DNA of 64,000 bases from Heterodontus francisci (Eukaryota), in the NCBI RefSeq assembly GCF_036365525.1, contig NC_090404.1, positions 10,354,001 through 10,418,000 of the forward strand, in the 5' to 3' direction. This document shows, one piece after another, positions 62,817-64,000 of the stretch (position 1 is its first letter; the number at the start of each line of letters is the position of its first letter). Under the pieces are notes generated by a model. That model made no database searches, was not told the origin of the DNA, and saw nothing but the letters and a program-made list of their open reading frames with translations. The position numbers and the translations under genes were made by a program.

Positions 62817-63299
62817 GTAAGTGACTGCAAACCCCGCCGTGCTACAGACTGTCCTGGTGAATGTTCACCCTCAGTTTATTATTGCGATCAATATCACCTC
62901 AATCCCTTGAAAACAAAACAGAGCAGTTTCCTAATGAAGTTTTTCCATTGCAGTTTGAGATTCAGGGCAGATTATGAACCAGGAGTAGGTTCCAGGTTTG
63001 AGTCTGGAGACATGAGGTGAGATCTCCACAGAGAGGACAGTCTGCGGGGTGTTGACCGCATCGGGACCATCACTGGCTTTACGTGGACTTTGGAGGATCC
63101 CGAAAACACCCCAAACTCTTTCTCATTCTGATCCACAGTTGGTTTAAATGAGCGCAGATCGTCCAGACTCCGGCCTCCGCTCCCGCTGTTCACTGTGACA
63201 GAGGAAGCTCTGTCTGTCCCTGTAGGAACGGGAGAGGGTGACAGAGCTCTGTCAGTCTGCGGCAGGATAGTCTATTCCGGGCCGGGCAGTGTGATTGAG

Positions 63300-64000
63300 G
63301 TACCGGGAGAGTGAACCCAACAATAAAGCAGCCCCTTCGATACCTGCAGCCACCTGTCCGATACCGACAGTTAAATGGAGGGACACAATATATTCCCAAT
63401 GCTAATTTAGCAAGTCTGAAGGGATAAATCATAGCTGCAGCGCAGAATAGCGATTTGGGTAAAATCCAGCTGTTTGAGGCAGGAACGGCCAGGTGGTTTA
63501 ATAACGGTAATAAGGGAGCGACTAAGGCCACAACAGAGAAAAATAATATAAAAATAAATTGAAGGGCGCTATATCTGAATTCACGCAGCACTCGTAAGAA
63601 GACAGATAAATTAACGGTACAGTTGGGGATTAATGTATTTGATCTTGAAGCCAATATACAACTCAATATAGGCAAAACTAGGCAAAATGAAAAAGGAAAC
63701 GGGATAGGCCGGATAATAAAGGATGAGGTAAAGAGCATTAGTGAGAAAGGATCTTAGACCAAAAAGTCAGGATCTGAAATTAGTATGGAGCTACGAAATA
63801 AGAAAGTGCAGAAAACAGTGGTGAATTAAAAACAATCATATTGTTAGCCGGAGTCTAAATCAGCAAGTTAGAGGAGCATGTAACATGACGAATGCAATAA
63901 TCATGGGGGACTGTAATCTCTATATAGTGAGCAAATCAAATTGACAAAAGTAGATTGGAGGACGAGATTCAGGAATACATTCGAGACACCTATCTAGAAC
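63300..64000 (+). mobile_element. CR1 ORF1/endonuclease fragment
   Basis: LYLNSRSTRKK and IIMGDCNL resemble CR1 endonuclease motifs. Confidence 0.65.

Noticed and set aside
63191-63197. CACTGTG heptamer suggesting a second J
   Set aside because: No nonamer at 12 or 23 nt upstream and no GxG motif downstream
62954-63300. Acceptor-like sites that might begin the supporting V
   Set aside because: Frames contain stops or lack Cys/Trp/YYC V hallmarks

Overview
Eukaryotic, repeat-rich DNA from a cartilaginous fish, almost certainly a shark (HE1/V-SINEs, CR1/HER1-type LINEs, DeuSINE-like elements and a NAR-type V gene). Bases 1 to ~42 kb hold a tandem array of C2H2 zinc-finger gene cassettes: one intact 11-finger ORF (22059-23000), two decayed paralogues and the 3' flank of a fourth, embedded in CR1, RTE, a second LINE family, Gypsy, solo-LTR, Penelope and SINE debris. 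Bases ~43-64 kb are the V region of an antigen-receptor locus, most consistent with TCR alpha/delta. It has two apparently functional TCR V segments with 23-RSS in opposite orientations (43192-43675 +, 54177-54641 -) and five V pseudogenes or fragments. At 61.5-62.8 kb there is a complete NAR-TCR-type cassette: leader, IgNAR-like V with 22-RSS, D with 12/12 RSS, and J with 23-RSS. NAR-TCR is a known shark system. The less obvious signals are CTCF motifs ~25 bp behind V RSSs, an inverted V block bracketed by inverted paralogues, hammerhead-ribozyme-like cores in Penelope-derived inserts, CpG-decay stop codons eroding the ZNF N-terminus, and a perfect 70-bp template-switch hairpin. All calls were made by eye without database searches, and repeat boundaries are approximate unless a TSD is quoted.
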